Assembly: GCA_036751175.1 (NCBI GenBank)
Contig: CP144859.1
Coordinates: 167,081-231,080 of the forward strand
Reading direction: 5' to 3'
From: Candidatus Stammera capleta
Lineage (GTDB): Bacteria; Pseudomonadota; Gammaproteobacteria; Enterobacterales; Enterobacteriaceae
DNA: 64,000 bases
Shown here one piece after another: positions 13,182 through 26,749 of the stretch. Every line of letters starts with the position of its first letter. Positions within the stretch are counted from its first letter, which is position 1. A program made the translations under genes and the position numbers. The notes beneath the pieces were generated by a model that was given only the letters and a program-made list of their open reading frames with translations, was not told the DNA's origin and did not search any database.

Positions 13182-13192
13182 AACTAAATAAT

Positions 13193-14596
13193 ATGATAAA
13201 AAATTTTCATGAAACTATATTTGCTCAATCAACTCCTATAGGATATGGAGGTATTGGAATCATAAGAATATCTGGAAAAAAATCAAAAAATATAGCTAAA
13301 AAAATTTTAGGTATAAAACTTACTTCAAGAAAAGCAAAATATACATCATTTAAAAATAAAAAAGGTAAAATAATAGATTTTGGAATAGCAATATACTATA
13401 AATCTCCAAATTCATTCACAGGAGAAGATATTTTAGAACTTCAATGTCATGGAGGACAAAAAATTATAGAATTAATTTTAAAATCAATTATTGATTTAAA
13501 AATAAAAAATACTAGAATAGCAGAAGCAGGAGAATTTACTGAAAGAGCTTTTTTAAATAAAAAAATAGATTTAATACAAGCAGAAACAATTAATAATTTA
13601 ATAAATGCAAATTCAGAAAAAATTATATTTTCAGCAATAAAATCTCTTAAAGGAGAATTTTCTAAAAAAATAAATAATATTATTAATTTAATTAATAATT
13701 TAATATTTAAAATAGAAAAAAAAATTAGTTTTTCAGAAAAAAAAATTAATTTTAATAAAATTAAAAAAATAAAAAAAAAAAATTATTTAATATATAAAAA
13801 AATAAAAAAAATATATAAAAAATCTAAAAAAAGTAAATTAATAAATAATAAAATTAAAATCGCTATAATAGGTAAACCTAATGTAGGTAAATCAAGTTTA
13901 ATGAATATTTTAACCAAAAAAAAAATATCTATAGTAACTAATATACCTGGAACAACAAGAGATATAATAAAAAAAAATATAAATATTAATAATAATTATA
14001 ATATAGAAATAAATGATACTACTGGAATACATAAAACAAATAATAAAATAGAAAAAATAGGTATAAAAAAAACATGAAAATTAATTAATAAATCTAATAT
14101 AATTTTATTTTTAGAAAATGCATTCAATATTACAGAAAAAAAAATATATAATTTATATAAAAAAAAAATTAAAAATAAAATTAAAAAAAAAAAAAAAATA
14201 TTATATTTAATACGCAATAAAATAGATATATCAAAAGAAAAATATAAAATTATTAAAAAAAAAAAATATACTATTATGAATATATCTATTAAAAAAAAAT
14301 ATGGAACTAAAGAAATTAGTTCAGAAATAAATAAAAAAATAAAAAATTTAAATAAAGAAAATTTTTTTTTAGTTCAACAAAGACACTTACATTTAATTAA
14401 AAAAACTTTTAAAGAAATAAAAAATATTAATAAAATTATAAAAATAAATTTAAATAAAAAAAATATTAATTTAGATATAATATATCAAAATTTATTTAAT
14501 AGCCAAAAATTTTTAAATGAAATATTAGGAAAAAATAAATTTACTTCAAAAAATATCATTAATAAAATATTTAAAAATTTTTGTATAGGAAAATAA
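13193..14596 (+). CDS. mnmE: tRNA uridine-5-carboxymethylaminomethyl modification GTPase
   Basis: Track fragments 13193-14077 and 14276-14596 share one frame. TIFAQSTPIGYGGIGIIRISG, GKPNVGKSSLMN, DTTGI, IRNKIDI, and the C-terminal FCIGK. Confidence 0.92.
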
Positions 14597-14609
14597 TATT
14601 TTTACAAAA

Positions 14610-15581
14610 ATGAAAAAAAAATATATTTATTTTAAAATTAACAAAAAAACATCAAACCAAAGAATAGATATATTTCTAAAAAAAAAAATTAAAAATATTT
14701 CTAGAAATAAAATACAAAAAATTATAAAAAATAAAAAAATTTTTATAAATAATAAAATTATTATAAAACCACATAAAAAAATTAAAAAAAATGATTTAAT
14801 AACAATTAAAAACATAAAAAATATTAAAAATAAAACAATATATTTACCTAATAAAAATATAAAATTAAATAAAATATATGAAGATAAAAATATATTAATA
14901 ATAAACAAAAAAAAAAATGTTATTGTTCATCCAGGATCTGGAAATTTAAATAATACTTTAATGAATACATTAATATATTATTATTTAAATATATATAAAA
15001 AAGTACCTAGATGTGGTATAGTACATAGGTTAGATAAAAATACCACAGGTTTATTAATAATAGCAAAAGATCTTTTTACATATAATAAATTAATTAATTA
15101 TATAAAAAAAAAAAAAATTAAAAGAACATACATAACTCTAGTTTGAGGAAAAGTAAATTCTAACGGATTTATTAATAAACCTATATCAAGACATAAATTT
15201 CAAAGAAAAATAATGTCTATAAATAAATATGGTAAAAATGCTATAACACATTTTAAAATAATAGAATATTTTTCTTTTTGTACATTACTAAAAATAAATT
15301 TAGAAACAGGTAGAACACATCAAATAAGAGTTCATATGAATTATATGCAACATCCTATAATAGGAGAAACAATATATACAAGAAAAAATATTTCAAAAAA
15401 ATTTTATATTCCAAAAATAATTAAAAAAAAAATTAATAATCTTAAAAGACAAGCTTTACATGCTTATTCATTAAAATTTATACATCCTAAAAAAAAAAAA
15501 AAAATTTTTATAAACTCAAATTTACCAAAAGATATATTAGATTTAATATTTGAATGTAGATTACATAAAACTAAAAATTAA
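14610..15581 (+). CDS. rluD: 23S rRNA pseudouridine synthase (RluD-like, RluA family)
   Basis: Track fragments 14610-15146 and 15213-15581 share one frame and are joined at TGA. N-terminal S4-like region, then HRLDKNTTGLLIIAK and LETGRTHQIRVHM. Confidence 0.85.
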
Positions 15582-15993
15582 ATTTTAATCATCTCTCTAA
15601 TATAAAAACTGCAGATATAGCATGTATATTATAATTTGAATAAAATGAATTATAAAATTCAATATTATCATTCATAAAATTACGAGCAGCACAAGATGTA
15701 AATCTTTCATCAGAAAAAAAAATTTTTAAACGAAATTTATTAACTAAATAAAATGCAAATTTTTTTATATAATCAGTAATTAACTTATATCCATTACTCT
15801 TTAAATTATATGGATAACCTATAACTGCTTCTTTAATTAATCAAATATCAATAATTTTTTTTATATCCATTCAATTTATTGGAATACCTTTTTTAGCACT
15901 TAAAGAAACTATAGGACTAGCAGTTTTAGTATAATATTGTCCTATAGCAACACCAATATTTTTCATACCAAAATCAAAAGCAATAATAAACAT
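15571..15993 (-). CDS. ruvX: putative pre-16S rRNA nuclease / Holliday junction resolvase-like YqgF
   Basis: [46 protein letters not shown](TGA)LKFNF-TAG parallels E. coli LLAFDFGTKSIGVAVGQ..HDERLST..SAVIILESYFEQGY. The 3' end overlaps rluD convergently by 11 nt. Confidence 0.85.
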
Positions 15994-16029
15994 AAAATTT
16001 AAAATTAAAAGTTAAAATTTATATATTAT

Positions 16030-17439
16030 TTAAATAATATCTATTATATTTCTTAAATTTATTTTAGCATCACCAAATAAAATACCAATATTTTTTTTAA
16101 AAAAAACAGGATTACTAACTTTAGAAAAACCAGTACTATATAAATTTATATTTCTTTTAAAAATTATAACAAAATCTGATTCTCAAACTTTTATTACTGG
16201 CATACCATATAAAACACAATTTTTATCAAATATAGCTCTAGGATTAATTATATCATTAGCTCCGATAACTAATACTAACTTATTTTTCATAAAATTACTA
16301 TCTATTTGATTTAAAGAATATATATATTTATTTTTTATATTAACTTCAGCTAATAATAAATTCATGTGACCAGGTAATCTACCTGCTACAGGATGTATAA
16401 TAAATTGAACATTAATAAAATATTTACTAATCAATATTTTTGTTAAATAAGAAACAATTTTTTGAGATTTAGATAAAGCCATACCATAACCAGGAATAAT
16501 AATAATATCTTTAAAAGAAATTATTTTTTTTTTAACATCTAAAATATTTAATTCATAAATTTTTTTTTTAATTATTTTCTTTTTAATATATATATTATTT
16601 AAAAATATTTTTCCAAAAATAATTTGATAAATAGATTTATTCATAGATAAACACATTTTTTTAGATAATATAAAACCAGATGAACTTACTAAAGAACCAA
16701 TTATAATTAATAAACTATTATTTAATATAAAACCAGATATTACAGAAGATAAACCAGAATATGCATTTAATATCGAAATAATTATAGGTACATCAGAAGA
16801 ATCTAAACTACCTAAAATATTTAAACCTAAAAATAAACTAATTAAAAAAATTAAAAAATATATAAAAATTAAATATTTTAATATATTTATTTTAAAAAAA
16901 AAATATAAAAAAAAAAATAATAAAAAAATATTTAAATAAAAACTTTTTTTTCCAATAAAAAAATTATTTAAAAAAGAAATATTAATTAATTTTAAATAAG
17001 AAACTATAGATCCTATAAAAGTAATAGAACCAATAAAATTACTTAAAAATATTTCTAGTAAATAAATTTTACTAATGTTTAATTTATTTAAATAAAGATT
17101 ATTATAACCTATAACAATAGCATTTAAACCAATAAAACTATGCATTAAAGTTATTAATTCAGGAACACGAGTAATATTTATTTTATTAGAAATTAACCAA
17201 CCTATTAATCCAGTAAATAAAATAATTAAAAAAATAAATAAAATTAAAAATATATTTTTAAAATATAAAATATAATATATAAAAGGTAAAAATATTCCTA
17301 AAAAACCAAAATATATACTATATAAAAATTTTTTTTTATTGGAAAAAAATAATAAACATAAAAAAAATGATACTACAGAAAAAAAATTTAATAAAAAAAA
17401 TAAATTAATTTTTAGAAACATTTTTAAATTCCTAATCAA
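16030..17439 (-). CDS. pntB: NAD(P) transhydrogenase subunit beta
   Basis: Track ORF 16183-17439 continues through TGA: ..[61 protein letters not shown], compared with E. coli ..[39 protein letters not shown]. Confidence 0.9.
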
Positions 17440-18892
17440 AAAAAATTTTTAACATACGTTTAGTAATTAAAAAACCAGAAAATATATTAATATTTACTAA
17501 ACTTAAAGTAATTAATGAAAAAAAAATATTCAATAAACTACTATTTTCATTAATTTGTAATAAACAACCTATGATAGTTATGCTAGATATAGCATTAGTT
17601 AAAGACATTAAAGGAGTATGTAAAAAACTTTTAATTTTACTAATACCAATATAACCTAAAATATAAGAAAATAAAAAAATAAATAAATTATTTAAATAAA
17701 TAAAAAAATGATAATGATATAAAAAAAATAATAAAATTAAATAAAATAAAAATAAAAAAAATAAATTATTATAATTTAAAAAAAAAAAATTATTAAACAT
17801 ATATTTTTTTTTATATATATTTTTTTTTTTTAAATTTAATAAATTAAATATTTTTTGCTTTTTTCCTTTATATAAAATTAAAACATTTTTTAAAAAAATA
17901 TCTTTAAAATCTAAATAAATATTTTTTTCTTCATCAATAATATACTTTAAAATATTAACTAAATTATTACTATATAATTTAGAAATTACCATAGGCATTA
18001 AATTAGAAAAATCATCATAACTAATAATTTTAATATGATTAAAATTTAATAAACCATTTTTTTTAAAAAACACACAACTACTAACACCATTAGATATTAA
18101 ATTTACTATTACACTACCATATTTCATTAAATTTAATATTTTTTTAGTAAAAATTAAAGAATATTTTTTATCTTTATATATAACAGAATTAATAATAATA
18201 TTAAATTTATTAATTTTTTTTAATAAAAAATTATTTAAATTACTAATATCTAAAAATTTTGCTCCTAAACTAATAACTTCTTCTTTAATATTTTTATTAA
18301 TATCATAAACATATACATTAGCACCTAAACTTTTAGAAAAACTAATAGCAGATAAACCTAAAATACCAGCACCAATAATTAAAATATTAACAGAATTAAT
18401 TTTACCACAAGAAAATATTTGATTACCAATAAAATTTCTATATTCATATATACCTTCAATTACAGCTCTATAACCAGAAACATAAGAAATAGAACTTAAT
18501 ACATCCATATTTTGTAATTTAGAAATTCTAGGCATATAATTCAAAATTATTAAAGTTACTTTTTTTTTTTTTAAAATATTTAAACTATTAATATAATTAA
18601 AATTTTTATCTAAACAAATTAATATAGAATTTTTATTTAACAAAGATAAATATTTAAATTTAGGAAAATTAATTGTTAAAATAATTTTATTATTTCAGAT
18701 TTTTTTTTTATTTTTAATTAAAGAACCATATTTAATATAATTATTATTACTATAACCTGATAGTAAACCAGCATTTTTTTCTACACAAACTCTTTTAAAA
18801 CCTATTTTAAATAAATTTAAAATATCTTTAGGTACTAAAGATACTCTATTTTCATTACTTTTTTTTTCTTTGATAATACCTATTGATAACAT
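17432..18892 (-). CDS. pntA: NAD(P) transhydrogenase subunit alpha
   Basis: Track fragments 17432-18643 and 18695-18892 share one frame and are joined at TGA (..KKKI-W-NNKIILTINFP). MLSIGIIKEKKSNENRVSLVP..PRISKLQNMDVLSS..GAGILGLSAI..HTPLMSLTNAISS. Overlaps the pntB start by 8 nt. Confidence 0.9.
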
Positions 18893-19007
18893 AATATTTA
18901 CCTAAATATATAAATTTTAATTAATAATGAAAAAAAATAGAATTAAATATATAATAACATATAAATAGATTATTAATTTTTTAAAAAATATAACTTCAAT
19001 AAAAAAA

Positions 19008-20000
19008 ATGAATAAAATAATATTTTTCAGTTCTCAAAAATATGAAATAAAATATTTTAATAAAATAAATACAAAATATAATTTTAAAATTACCTACACT
19101 AAAAAACAATTAAATGAAAATACAGTTAAAAAAGCTAAAGGATTTAAATATATTTGTATATTTGTAAATGATAATGTAAAAAAAAAAAAAATAATTAACA
19201 AACTTAAAAAATTCGGAATAAAATTAATAGCATTAAGATGTACAGGATTTAATAATGTAAACTTACAATTAACAAAAAAAAACAATATTAAAGTAATAAA
19301 TGTAAAATCATATTCACCAGAATCTATAGCAGAATATACAATAGGTTTAATATTAACTTTAAGTAGAAAAATACATTTATCATACCAAAATACAAAAAAT
19401 AAAAATTTTATACTAAATAACTTAGTAGGATTTAATTTAAAAAATAAAACTATTGGTATAATAGGCACAGGTAAAATAGGTAAAATAGTAATAAAATTAT
19501 TAAAAAATTTTGATGTTAAAATATTAGCTTTTGATATAATAAAATCAGAAGAAATACTAAAATTCGGTGCTAAATACACTTCTTTAAAAAATATATATAA
19601 AAATTCAGATATTATTAGTTTACATTGTCCATATAATAAAAAAAACCATTATATGATAAACAAAAAATCTATTAAAAAAATGAAAAAAAATGTTATATTA
19701 ATAAATACTAGTAGAGGTGAATTAATAAATACTAAACATATTATATATGCTATTAAAAAAAAATATATAGGTTCATTAGGAATAGATGTATATGAAAATG
19801 AAAAAAAATATTTTTTTAAAGATAAATCTAATAAAATTATTAAAGATAATAATTTAAACTTACTTTTATCTTATAAAAATGTTTTAATTACAGGACATCA
19901 AGCTTTTTTAACTGATGAAGCATTAATTAATATTGCAAAAATAACTTTAAATAATATATATAAAATATCAAATAATATAAAATGTAATGATTTTATTTAA
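19008..20000 (+). CDS. ldhA: D-lactate dehydrogenase (2-hydroxyacid dehydrogenase family)
   Basis: Intact 330-aa ORF. ICIFVNDN..IALRCTGFNNV..GIIGTGKIG..SLHCP..NTSRGELI..GIDVYENE..TGHQAFLTDEAL is co-linear with E. coli LdhA. Confidence 0.88.
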   Translation: MNKIIFFSSQKYEIKYFNKINTKYNFKITYTKKQLNENTVKKAKGFKYICIFVNDNVKKKKIINKLKKFGIKLIALRCTGFNNVNLQLTKKNNIKVINVKSYSPESIAEYTIGLILTLSRKIHLSYQNTKNKNFILNNLVGFNLKNKTIGIIGTGKIGKIVIKLLKNFDVKILAFDIIKSEEILKFGAKYTSLKNIYKNSDIISLHCPYNKKNHYMINKKSIKKMKKNVILINTSRGELINTKHIIYAIKKKYIGSLGIDVYENEKKYFFKDKSNKIIKDNNLNLLLSYKNVLITGHQAFLTDEALINIAKITLNNIYKISNNIKCNDFI

Positions 20001-20015
20001 AAAAATAAATTTAAA

Positions 20016-21383
20016 ATGTATCATCAAGGATTTCAAACAAAAATTAAAAATGATTCCCTTAAAAAAGGAATAAATAAAAAAATAATATGTAAAATATCTA
20101 AAAAAAAAAAAGAACCAAAATGAATGCTTAATTTAAGATTAAAAGCATATAAAATATGAAAAAAAATGAAAGAACCACATTGGTTAAATTGTAAATATGA
20201 TAAAATAAAATATAAAAAATATAAATATTATTCTGCTCCTAAAAAAAATAAATATTCAAATAAAAAAATTAAAAAAACATTTAATAAATTAGGAGTACCA
20301 ATAGATAAAAAAAAAAATATAGCTATAGATGCTATATTTGATTCAGTATCAATCAAAACTACATATAAAAAAAAATTATTTAAAAAATTTGGTATCATAT
20401 TTTGTTCTTTTAATGAAGCAATTAAAAAATACCCAAAATTAGTCAAAAAATATATTTGTAAAGTAGTATCAATAAATGATAATTTTTTTTCTACATTAAA
20501 TACAGCTGTATTATCAGATGGAACATTTATATATATTCCAAAAAATACAAAATGTCCAATAAATTTATCTTCATATTTTAGAATAAATTCTAATATTGGA
20601 CAATTTGAACGTACTTTAATTATTTTAAAAAAAAATAGTTATTTAAATTATACTGAAGGATGTTCAGCATCAATAAAAAAATATAATCAATTACATGCAG
20701 CAGTTGTAGAAATAATTTTATATAAAAATTCTAAAATAAAATATTCTACAATACAAAATTGATTTCCAGGAAATAATAAAAAAAAAGGAGGAGTATTTAA
20801 TTTTGTTACTAAAAGAGCTTTATGTAAAGGTAAAAATAGTAAAATATCTTGAATACAATTAGAAGCTGGTTCAGCAATAACATGAAAATATCCTAGTGCA
20901 ATATTACTAGGAGATAATTCTAGTGGTAATTTTTACTCTATATCATTAACTAAGTTAAAACAACAATCAGACACAGGAACAAAAATGATTCATATAGGTA
21001 ATAATACTAAATCATTTATTTTAGCTAAAGGTATAGCTACAGAAAAAAGTAAAAATACTCATAGAAGTTTAGTTAAAATAAATAAAAAATCTAATAAATC
21101 AAAAAATTTTACAAAATGTGATTCACTAACAATTGGTAATAAATGTAGCATATTTACTATGCCATATATAAAATCACATAATAAATTATCATATATAGAA
21201 CATGAAGCTACTTCATCATACATTAAAAAAAAACAAATTTTTTTTTTATTACAAAGAGGAATAGAAAAAAATAACGCAATATCTATGATAGTAAATGGTT
21301 TTTGTCAAAATATTCTAAATAAATTACCATTAGAATTTATTTTAGAAGCTAAACAAATATTTAATAATTTTAAAAAAAAATAA
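20016..21383 (+). CDS. sufB: Fe-S cluster assembly scaffold SufB
   Basis: ATG 20016 and track fragments 20166-20762 and 20985-21383 share one frame. EPKWMLNLRLKAYKIWKKMKEPHW..DAIFDSVS..GQFERTLIIL..HAAVVEII..QNWFPG..GSAITWKYPS..HEATSS..LPLEF. Confidence 0.93.
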
Positions 21384-21397
21384 ATTTTATATTCTAT

Positions 21398-22150
21398 ATG
21401 TATATATTAAATATAAAAAAATTATATGTAAAAACAAAAAAAAAAAATATACTTTATAATATAAATATAAAAATAAAATATGGAGAAATACATGCATTAA
21501 TAGGACCAAATGGTTCAGGTAAAAGTAGTTTATCTATGGTATTAGCAGGAAATAAAAAATATAAAATAATAAAAGGAAATATATATTTTAAAAAAAAAAA
21601 TATTAATAAATTACCAATAGATGAAAGAGCTAAAGAAGGTTTATTTATATCTTTTCAAGATAATATTGAAATACCAGGTTTAAATAATCAATATTTTTTA
21701 TTTCAATCTTATAATGAAATAAGAAATTATTATAATAAAAAAAAAATTAATTTAATTGAATTTAAAAAAAAAATATTTAAATATTTAAAAAAAATAAATT
21801 TATCTAAAAAAATTTTACAAAGATCACTTAATAAAAATTTTTCTGGAGGAGAGAAAAAAAAAAATGATTTATTACAAATATTAATTTTAAAACCTAAATT
21901 AATTATACTAGATGAAATAGATTCAGGATTAGATATAACTACTATAAAAAAAACAATTAAAATAATTAATCATTTAAAAAAAAAAAAAAAATCTATTATA
22001 ATAATTACTCATAACATTAAATTATTAAAATATTTAAAAATAAAAAAAATACATATTTTAAATAAAGGTAAAATAATTAAATCAGGTAAAAAAAAAATTA
22101 TTAATATTATTAAAAATAAAGGTTATAAATATTTTAAAAATAGAAAATAA
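21398..22150 (+). CDS. sufC: Fe-S cluster assembly ATPase SufC
   Basis: Intact 250-aa ORF. Walker A GPNGSGKSS, ABC signature FSGGEKKK, Walker B LIILDEIDSGLD. Confidence 0.93.
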   Translation: MYILNIKKLYVKTKKKNILYNINIKIKYGEIHALIGPNGSGKSSLSMVLAGNKKYKIIKGNIYFKKKNINKLPIDERAKEGLFISFQDNIEIPGLNNQYFLFQSYNEIRNYYNKKKINLIEFKKKIFKYLKKINLSKKILQRSLNKNFSGGEKKKNDLLQILILKPKLIILDEIDSGLDITTIKKTIKIINHLKKKKKSIIIITHNIKLLKYLKIKKIHILNKGKIIKSGKKKIINIIKNKGYKYFKNRK

Positions 22151-22164
22151 ATTTATAATTATTT

Positions 22165-23160
22165 ATGAAAAAAAAATATATATATAATAAAAAAATAAAA
22201 TTTATTTTAAATAAAATATCAAAAGAAATTTTAAAAATAAAATCAAATAAAATTATTGTTTTAGGTAAAAAAAAAGTTATATATCAAAATAAAAATATAA
22301 AAAAAAAAATTTTAATTACATTTAAAAAAAAAAAAATATATTTTTTAAATAAAAATAAAAATAATGATAATACTTTACCTATACATTTAATTATAATAAA
22401 AAAAAAAAAAAATGATAATTTTAATATAAATATATTTATAAAAAAAAATATATATATAAATATTATTGAAGAATATATAAATATAAGTAAAAATAAATAT
22501 TTTAATTATTTTTTAAATATGTCTATAAAAAAAAAAACTTATTTAAATTATATAAGATTAATAAATTTTAAAAATAAAACAGAATTTAATTGTATAGATA
22601 ATATAAAATTAAATTCTAAATCTAAATTAGAAAAAAAAATTTTTTTTATAAAATTTAAAAAAATAAATTTAAATAGTAAAATAAAATTAAAAAAAAAAAC
22701 TAATCTTAATATTAATAATATTTCAATTATAAAAAAAAATTTTTTAAAATATAAAATAAATATTTTACATTGTTTACATAATTCAAAAAGTTATCTAAAA
22801 CATAAAAATATATCTATTGAAAAAGGTATAATAAATTTTTCTGGTTGAATAAAAATATTTAAAAAAGCTTTAAATTCTAAAGCTAGTATAAAAAATAATA
22901 ATTTAAATATATGTAAAAAATCAATCATAAATAGTTCTCCTAAAATAGGTATATGAAATGAAAACACAAAATGTAAACATAGCGTTAAAATAAATACTTT
23001 AAATAAAAAAGAAATATTTTATTTATTAACAAGAAACATAAAATTTAATAAAATTAAAAAAATTTTAATTTTAAATTTTATTAAAGAAATATTAAAAAAA
23101 ATAAAAAAAAAATATATATATAACAAAATATACTATATATATTCTAAAATATTTAAATAA
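22165..23160 (+). CDS. sufD: Fe-S cluster assembly protein SufD
   Basis: Track fragment 22165-22848 continues through TGA codons. The C-terminus ..NNNLNICKKSIINSSPKIGIWNENTKCKHSVKINTLNKKEIFYLLTRNI parallels SufD ..NNNLLMGK..KPQLEIYADDVKCSHGATVG..DEQIFYLRSRGI. The N-terminal part is very divergent. Confidence 0.78.
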
Positions 23161-23167
23161 TATATTT

Positions 23168-24400
23168 ATGAATTATAAAATTAAAAAAATAAAATTAGAT
23201 TTTCCTATATTAAGAAAAAAAATTAATGGTAATAAAATGGTTTATTTAGATAATGCATCAACATCTCAAAAACCTAAAATAGTTATTAAATCTCAAAATA
23301 AAATTTATAAAAATTATTATTCTTCAGTTTATAGAAGTATACATACATTAAGTAATAAAAATTCTAATGATATAGAAAAAACAAGAATTAAAATAGCAAA
23401 ATTTATACATGCTAAATCACCAGAAGAAATAATATTTGTACAAAATACTACAGAAGGTATTAATTTAATTGCAAATATATGAAGTAAAAAAAATATATCT
23501 TATAAAGATAACATAATAATATCTATAATTGAACATCATGCTAATTTTATACCATGGTATAAAATATCTAAAGAAACAGGTTGTAAACTTAAAATAATTA
23601 ATATTGATAAAGAAGGTAATATTGATATTAATCAATTAAAATTATTAATTAATGAAAATACAAAAATTTTATCTATAACACATATATCAAATGTTTTAGG
23701 AATAGAAAATCCTATAAAAAAAATTGTTAAAATAGCTAAAAAATTTAATATTATTACCATAATAGATGGATCACAATCTATAGCACATAAAAATATAAAT
23801 GTAAAAAAAATCAACTGTGATTTTTATATTTTTTCAGGACATAAAATGTATGCACCAACAGGAACAGGTATAATATATTGTAAAAAAAATATAATAAAAT
23901 ATTTAGATCCTTGAAAATTAGGTGGAGGTATAATAGCTAATATAAATATTAAAAATAATAACATAAAAAATATAAAATTTATTAATTCACCATGAAAATT
24001 TGAATCAGGAACATATAATTTAGAATCTATTATAGGATTAAATAAAGCTATAGATTATATTAAATTAATTAAATTAAATAAAATAATAAAACATGAAAAA
24101 AAAATTATTAATTATACTTTAAAAAAATTAAAATCAATACCAGAAGTTAAAATATATGGTAATTTTTATAAAACAAGCCTAATATCATTTAATATTAAAA
24201 ATTCTCATTGTTATGATATAGGAATGTTATTAGACCAATATGGTATATCTATAAGAACAGGTAATCAATGTTGTATACCATTAATGAAATTATATAACAT
24301 ACCTGGAGTATGTAGAATATCTATAGCAATGTATACTTCTAAAAAAGATATAAATACTTTCATTTACGTATTAAAAAAAATAATTAAAAAAATTAAATAA
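23168..24400 (+). CDS. sufS: cysteine desulfurase SufS
   Basis: Track fragment 23168-23482 continues in frame through TGA codons. YLDNASTSQKP..EHHANFIPW..ITHISNVLG..FSGHKMYAPTGTGI..GNQCCIPLM. 410 aa. Confidence 0.92.
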
Positions 24401-24402
24401 TA

Positions 24403-24846
24403 ATGGAAAATTTAATAAAAAAAAAAAAAATAATAAAAAATTTAAAATTATGTTTAAATAATGAAGAAAAATTAATATATATAATGGATTTAGGAAAAAA
24501 TCTTCCTTTAAATAAAGAAAATATACGTAAAAAAAATAATATTATTTATAAATGTCAAAGTAATGTATGAATAAAAATAAAAAAAAAAAAAAATATAATT
24601 AAAATAAATGGAGATAGCGATAGTTTAATTATTAAAGGACTATTAGTAATAATTATTACTGCTTATAAAAATACAAATATAAAAAAAAAAATGAATTATA
24701 AAATATATAATTTTATAAAAAAAATTAATTTAATTAAAAAACTCACATTTCATAAATTAACAAGTTTAAAATTAATATTTATACATATAGAAAAAATAAT
24801 TTTAAATTTTCAAAAAAAAAGTGATAAAAAATTAATAATAAAATAA
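24403..24846 (+). CDS. sufE: cysteine desulfuration protein SufE
   Basis: MENLIKKKKIIKNLKLCLNNEEKLIYIMDLGK..YKCQSNVW(TGA)IKI..INGDSDSLIIKGLL parallels E. coli SufE (CANWEEKYLYIIELG, GCQSQVWI, LQGDSDAAIVKGL). Confidence 0.85.
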
Positions 24847-24884
24847 ATTTCTTAAAATATTAATAATTTATCTTTAATAAAAAT

Positions 24885-26396
24885 ATGTTATGAAACATAA
24901 TAAAAATAAGCTTATCAACTTTTTTATCTAAAATAATAGGTTTTATAAGAGATATAGTAATTGCAAATATATTTGGTATAAATATAGAAACTGATTCTTT
25001 TTATACTGCATTTAAATTACCTAATATGCTAAGAAAAATTTTTGCAGAAGGTGCATTTTCATATGTTTTTATTCCTATATTAAGTGAATATAAACAAAAA
25101 CATTCAAAAAAAAAAATTAATGAATTAATATCAACTGTATATTATATATTATTATTAATATTAATATTATTAACAATAATAGGAATAATTATTTCTCCAC
25201 AAATAATTAAAATAATATCACCAGGTTTTATAAAAAACAAAAACAAATTTAATTTAACAAAAAATATATTACAAATTATTTTCCCTTATATAATATTAAT
25301 ATCTTTATCATCTTATTTGACATCAATATTAAATATATGAAACATATTTATATCTCCCACATTTATACCAATAATATTAAATATAACAATAATTTTTTTT
25401 AATTTATTTATTATAAAATATTTTAATAAACCTATATATGGTTTATCTTTATCAATAATTATCGGAGGAATATTACAATTAATATATCAAAAAATTAATA
25501 TTAAATATACTCCTTTAAAAATAAAATTTAGTAAAATAAATTTATTTCATCCAGGAATAAAAAAAATATTTATTAATATATATCCAGTAATATTAGGTAT
25601 GATAATGTATCAAATATCACAAATTATTAATAATAATATTGTTTCATATTTACAAGAAGGAACTATATCATGAATATATTATGCAGATAGATTAATAGAA
25701 TTACCATTAAGTATAATAGGTACAACAATAAGTAGTTTGTTATTAACTAAATTATCTAATAGTTATCATAAAAATGATAATATTAAATTTAATAAATTAG
25801 TAAATAAATATATAAAAATTACTTTATTATTTAGTATACCTATATCTATATTAATGATTTTTTTATCTAAAGTAATAATTATAACTCTATTTAAATATGG
25901 TAAATTTACTATAACAGATGTTATAATGACTTCTAAAATACTAATTTCTTATTCATTAGGTTTGACAGGATTAATATTTATAAAAATTATAACTCCATGT
26001 TTTTATTCTCAATATAATACTAAAATACCTATTAAAATTGCAATTTTAAACTTAATTATTACACAATTAATAAATATTTTTACTGTAAAAATATTTCAAC
26101 ATGCAGGATTAGCATTATCAATTAGTATATCTTCATATATAAATTCATTTATATTATATATACAATTAAAAAAAAAAAAAATTTTTGATATAAAATATAA
26201 TTGAAAATTATTTATACTTAAGATTATTATATCTAATATAATAATGATATTTTTTTTTAATTTTATATATAAAAATATATTCAATAATTTCATCAACCTA
26301 AATATTAAATTTAGATTAATGAAACTATTATTTATAGCCACTACTAGTGGTATTATTTATATATCCAGTTTATTTTTATTAGGAATAAAAATTTAA
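24885..26396 (+). CDS. murJ: lipid II flippase MurJ
   Basis: ATG 24885 and track fragments 25026-25340 and 25737-26204 share one frame. MLW(TGA)NIIKISLSTFLSKIIGFIRDIVIANIFG..FKLPNMLRKIFAEGAFSYVFIPILSEYK. 503 aa. Confidence 0.9.
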
Positions 26397-26397
26397 A

Positions 26398-26643
26398 TTA
26401 AATAACTGTTTTTTTTAATGATTTAACACAATCAATAGATGATTGAACAGTATCTATTTTTTCTGCTAATTCATCTGAAATTTCAATATTAAATTCTTCT
26501 TCTAAAGCCATAATTAACTCTATAATATCTAAAGAATCTGCTCCTAAATCATTAATAAAAAATTTATTATTTTCTACTTCATTTAATTTAACACCTAATT
26601 GATCACTAATAATTTCTTTAATACGTTCCTCTAGACTTGACAT
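26398..26643 (-). CDS. acpP: acyl carrier protein
   Basis: Intact 81-aa ORF with [19 protein letters not shown] (the phosphopantetheine Ser lies in DSLD). AGGA lies upstream. Confidence 0.93.
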   Translation of the reverse strand: MSSLEERIKEIISDQLGVKLNEVENNKFFINDLGADSLDIIELIMALEEEFNIEISDELAEKIDTVQSSIDCVKSLKKTVI

Positions 26644-26749
26644 ATTTAATAATTCCTTTAACTTTTAAAATTAAATTAAACCTATTGATATTATACATTA
26701 TTTTAAAATTAACTTTTATTAATTAAATAACTAAATTATAAATAATAAT

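Noticed and set aside
16023-16040. An 18-bp perfect palindrome (ATATTATTTAAATAATAT) at the pntB stop, considered as a possible terminator hairpin.
   Set aside because: Palindromes with 9-bp arms are expected many times per 64 kb in near-pure A/T sequence. There is no G-C stem or T-tract that stands out from background.
16030-16182. An apparent pair of compensating frameshifts near the 3' end of pntB.
   Set aside because: This was caused by my own mis-registration of one sequence line. Re-reading line 16081 as printed gives a continuous frame (..[33 protein letters not shown]..-TAA), co-linear with the E. coli PntB C-terminus.
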